Assembly (NCBI GenBank): GCA_044376115.1
Contig: JBILLK010000025.1
Span: 64,001-128,000, forward strand
From: Polyangiaceae bacterium
Lineage (GTDB): Bacteria > Myxococcota_A > Polyangia > Polyangiales > Polyangiaceae
Length of the DNA: 64,000 nt
Reading direction: 5' to 3'
Below, one piece after another: positions 62,470 to 64,000 of this stretch (positions are counted from its first letter, which is position 1; each line of letters begins with the position of its first letter). The notes under the pieces were generated by a model that did not search any database, was not told where the DNA came from, and was given only the letters and a program-made list of their open reading frames with translations. A program made the translations under genes and the position numbers.

Positions 62470-64000
62470 TCAGTTGTCCGTGATCAGGGCGGCCGTCTCG
62501 ACCGTGGCGCCGTCGATCTTGATGCTTACGCCGAGGATGGAAACGCTGGCTGGGGTGAGCACGATGGTGGAGGCTCCCATGACGAAGGTAAGCAGCGATT
62601 CAGCCTCGTAGGTGATGTTGTCGGCTTTGACGATGGTGGCTCCTGCGGCCACCCAGGTCATGCTGCCGCCAGCCTCTTCGCTGCGATCCCCATCCACCAG
62701 GTTCACCTTCGCACCGCCGATGACCGTGGAGCTCGAGCCCTCGACCGCGCTCGAAATGCCACCCAAGCCGAGGATGACCTTCAACGCGCCGATGGTCTCA
62801 TTGTGGTTGCCCGCCACTTCGGTCGAGTGCGTGGAGCCGGTAACGGCGACGCGCGCCGCCCCGACGTCCAAACTGGCGTTGGCGTCGGTGGTCTCGCTGA
62901 CCTTGCCTACGACCAGATCTGCCTTCATTGAACCGACTTCGAGCGAAGAACTACCGGCGACGGTGTGCTTGTGATCGCCGCCCACCTTGAGGTCGCGGTT
63001 GCCACCGACCATCAACGTATGGTCCCCACCAATCTGCGCTACAGCCAGCGTTTCACTCGCGAGCTTCTCGTTACCGCCGACCGACTCGGTGTCTGAGCCG
63101 CCGATCGACGTAGTCAAGCTGTTGGTGATCTCCTCCAGCAAGTTCGACCCGATGGTGCGGGTCGCGTTGGCGCCGACGCTCTCGGTGGCGTTGTGTTTGA
63201 CCGCCACGGTCATGTCTTTGGAGGCGTTGAAGAACATCTCCTCGTTGCCCTTGGTGTCGTCGAAGCGCATCTCGTTGCTGGACCCACCACCGGGAGTGGT
63301 GGCCGTTTGCACGGCGGTGCGCGCCGCTGCTTGAGGCAGCGCGTAGGGCGGCATCGTCAGTTGGTTGTAGAGCCGGCTCATCACCAGCGGCAGATCTTGG
63401 TCGCCCTCGTCGTGTTGAACCAACACCTCCCAACCAACGCGTGGGAGCAACATCGAGCCGCCGGTGGGAAGTTGGCAGGTTCGGATCGGCAAGCTCGACT
63501 TGTCGTCGTGCGCGCCTACCCGGTCCCACGGAAACTGCGCGTTGACGCGCCCGTGTTCATCGACGTGAATTTCCTCACCAGCTGGGCCAGTGGTGAGCGC
63601 GGTTTGCGGGCCGTGCAGTAGAGCTGCGCGCGGCAGCCGTATCGGCCGATAATGCGAAACGTCGGGGTTCATTGCCTCAAAGCTGGTCTTCACCGAGCCG
63701 CCGCGGCCGCCGGTAGGTCCGCGGTCATCGCTGAACTCGACCGTCACCTTGGTGGCTAACAGGGTGGTGTTGAACTCAGCGAAGGGATGCTGCTCAACGG
63801 TGAAGGTCCGGCCGGGGTAGAGGTTCAGCGCCGTCGTGTCGCCGCGCAGAAGCAACCTGCGTGCTTGCAGCGACTCGACGAGCACCTGCGCCGAATGCGC
63901 GATCACCGCGTCCTTCGTGCTGCGCGCCGGGTATTGGTAGATCTCGAGCGCCTTTTCGCCGTCGTCGGTGCCCTCAGCGATCGACTCGAGCTTGAAGCGC
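62470..64000 (-). CDS. vgrG: Type VI secretion tip protein VgrG, C-terminal part; N-terminus lies beyond the window
   Basis: GPQTA, EEIHVDEHGRV..QFPWDR, PRVGWEVLV, NEMRFDDTKGNEE and gp5 repeats. Confidence 0.93.
   Translation of the reverse strand, partial: RFKLESIAEGTDDGEKALEIYQYPARSTKDAVIAHSAQVLVESLQARRLLLRGDTTALNLYPGRTFTVEQHPFAEFNTTLLATKVTVEFSDDRGPTGGRGGSVKTSFEAMNPDVSHYRPIRLPRAALLHGPQTALTTGPAGEEIHVDEHGRVNAQFPWDRVGAHDDKSSLPIRTCQLPTGGSMLLPRVGWEVLVQHDEGDQDLPLVMSRLYNQLTMPPYALPQAAARTAVQTATTPGGGSSNEMRFDDTKGNEEMFFNASKDMTVAVKHNATESVGANATRTIGSNLLEEITNSLTTSIGGSDTESVGGNEKLASETLAVAQIGGDHTLMVGGNRDLKVGGDHKHTVAGSSSLEVGSMKADLVVGKVSETTDANASLDVGAARVAVTGSTHSTEVAGNHNETIGALKVILGLGGISSAVEGSSSTVIGGAKVNLVDGDRSEEAGGSMTWVAAGATIVKADNITYEAESLLTFVMGASTIVLTPASVSILGVSIKIDGATVETAALITDN

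Overview
High-GC window with a gene content typical of Myxococcota (Polyangiaceae/Sorangium-like; inferred from a MYXO-CTERM protein, a kinase-PEGA module, several Ser/Thr kinases and orphan vgrG loci). From left to right: the tail of an exopolysaccharide cluster; an ABC exporter and small stress genes with a sigma-54-like promoter; a kinase-PEGA-lipoprotein module and an alpha-2-macroglobulin; a pseudokinase-kinase tandem divergent from a coupled GAF / cytoplasmic S8 protease / TPR operon; an orphan vgrG cluster with two DUF2169 genes around a putative divergent PAAR-like gene; hypothetical and redox genes; a divergent HUH (RAYT-like) transposase with a C-terminal HTH set among three arrays of related hairpin repeats (72, 84 and 52 bp, the last inverted); a TIGR02270-like gene, dprA and trmFO; a frameshifted STAND-type ATPase-TPR-HTH regulator; and a second T6SS accessory cluster (two vgrG, DUF2169, thiolase-like). 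No rRNA, tRNA or CRISPR array was seen. The strongest novelty candidates are the HUH-transposase/hairpin-array locus and the GAF-S8-TPR operon with its pseudokinase-kinase neighbour. All family calls come from motif recognition by eye, not from database searches.
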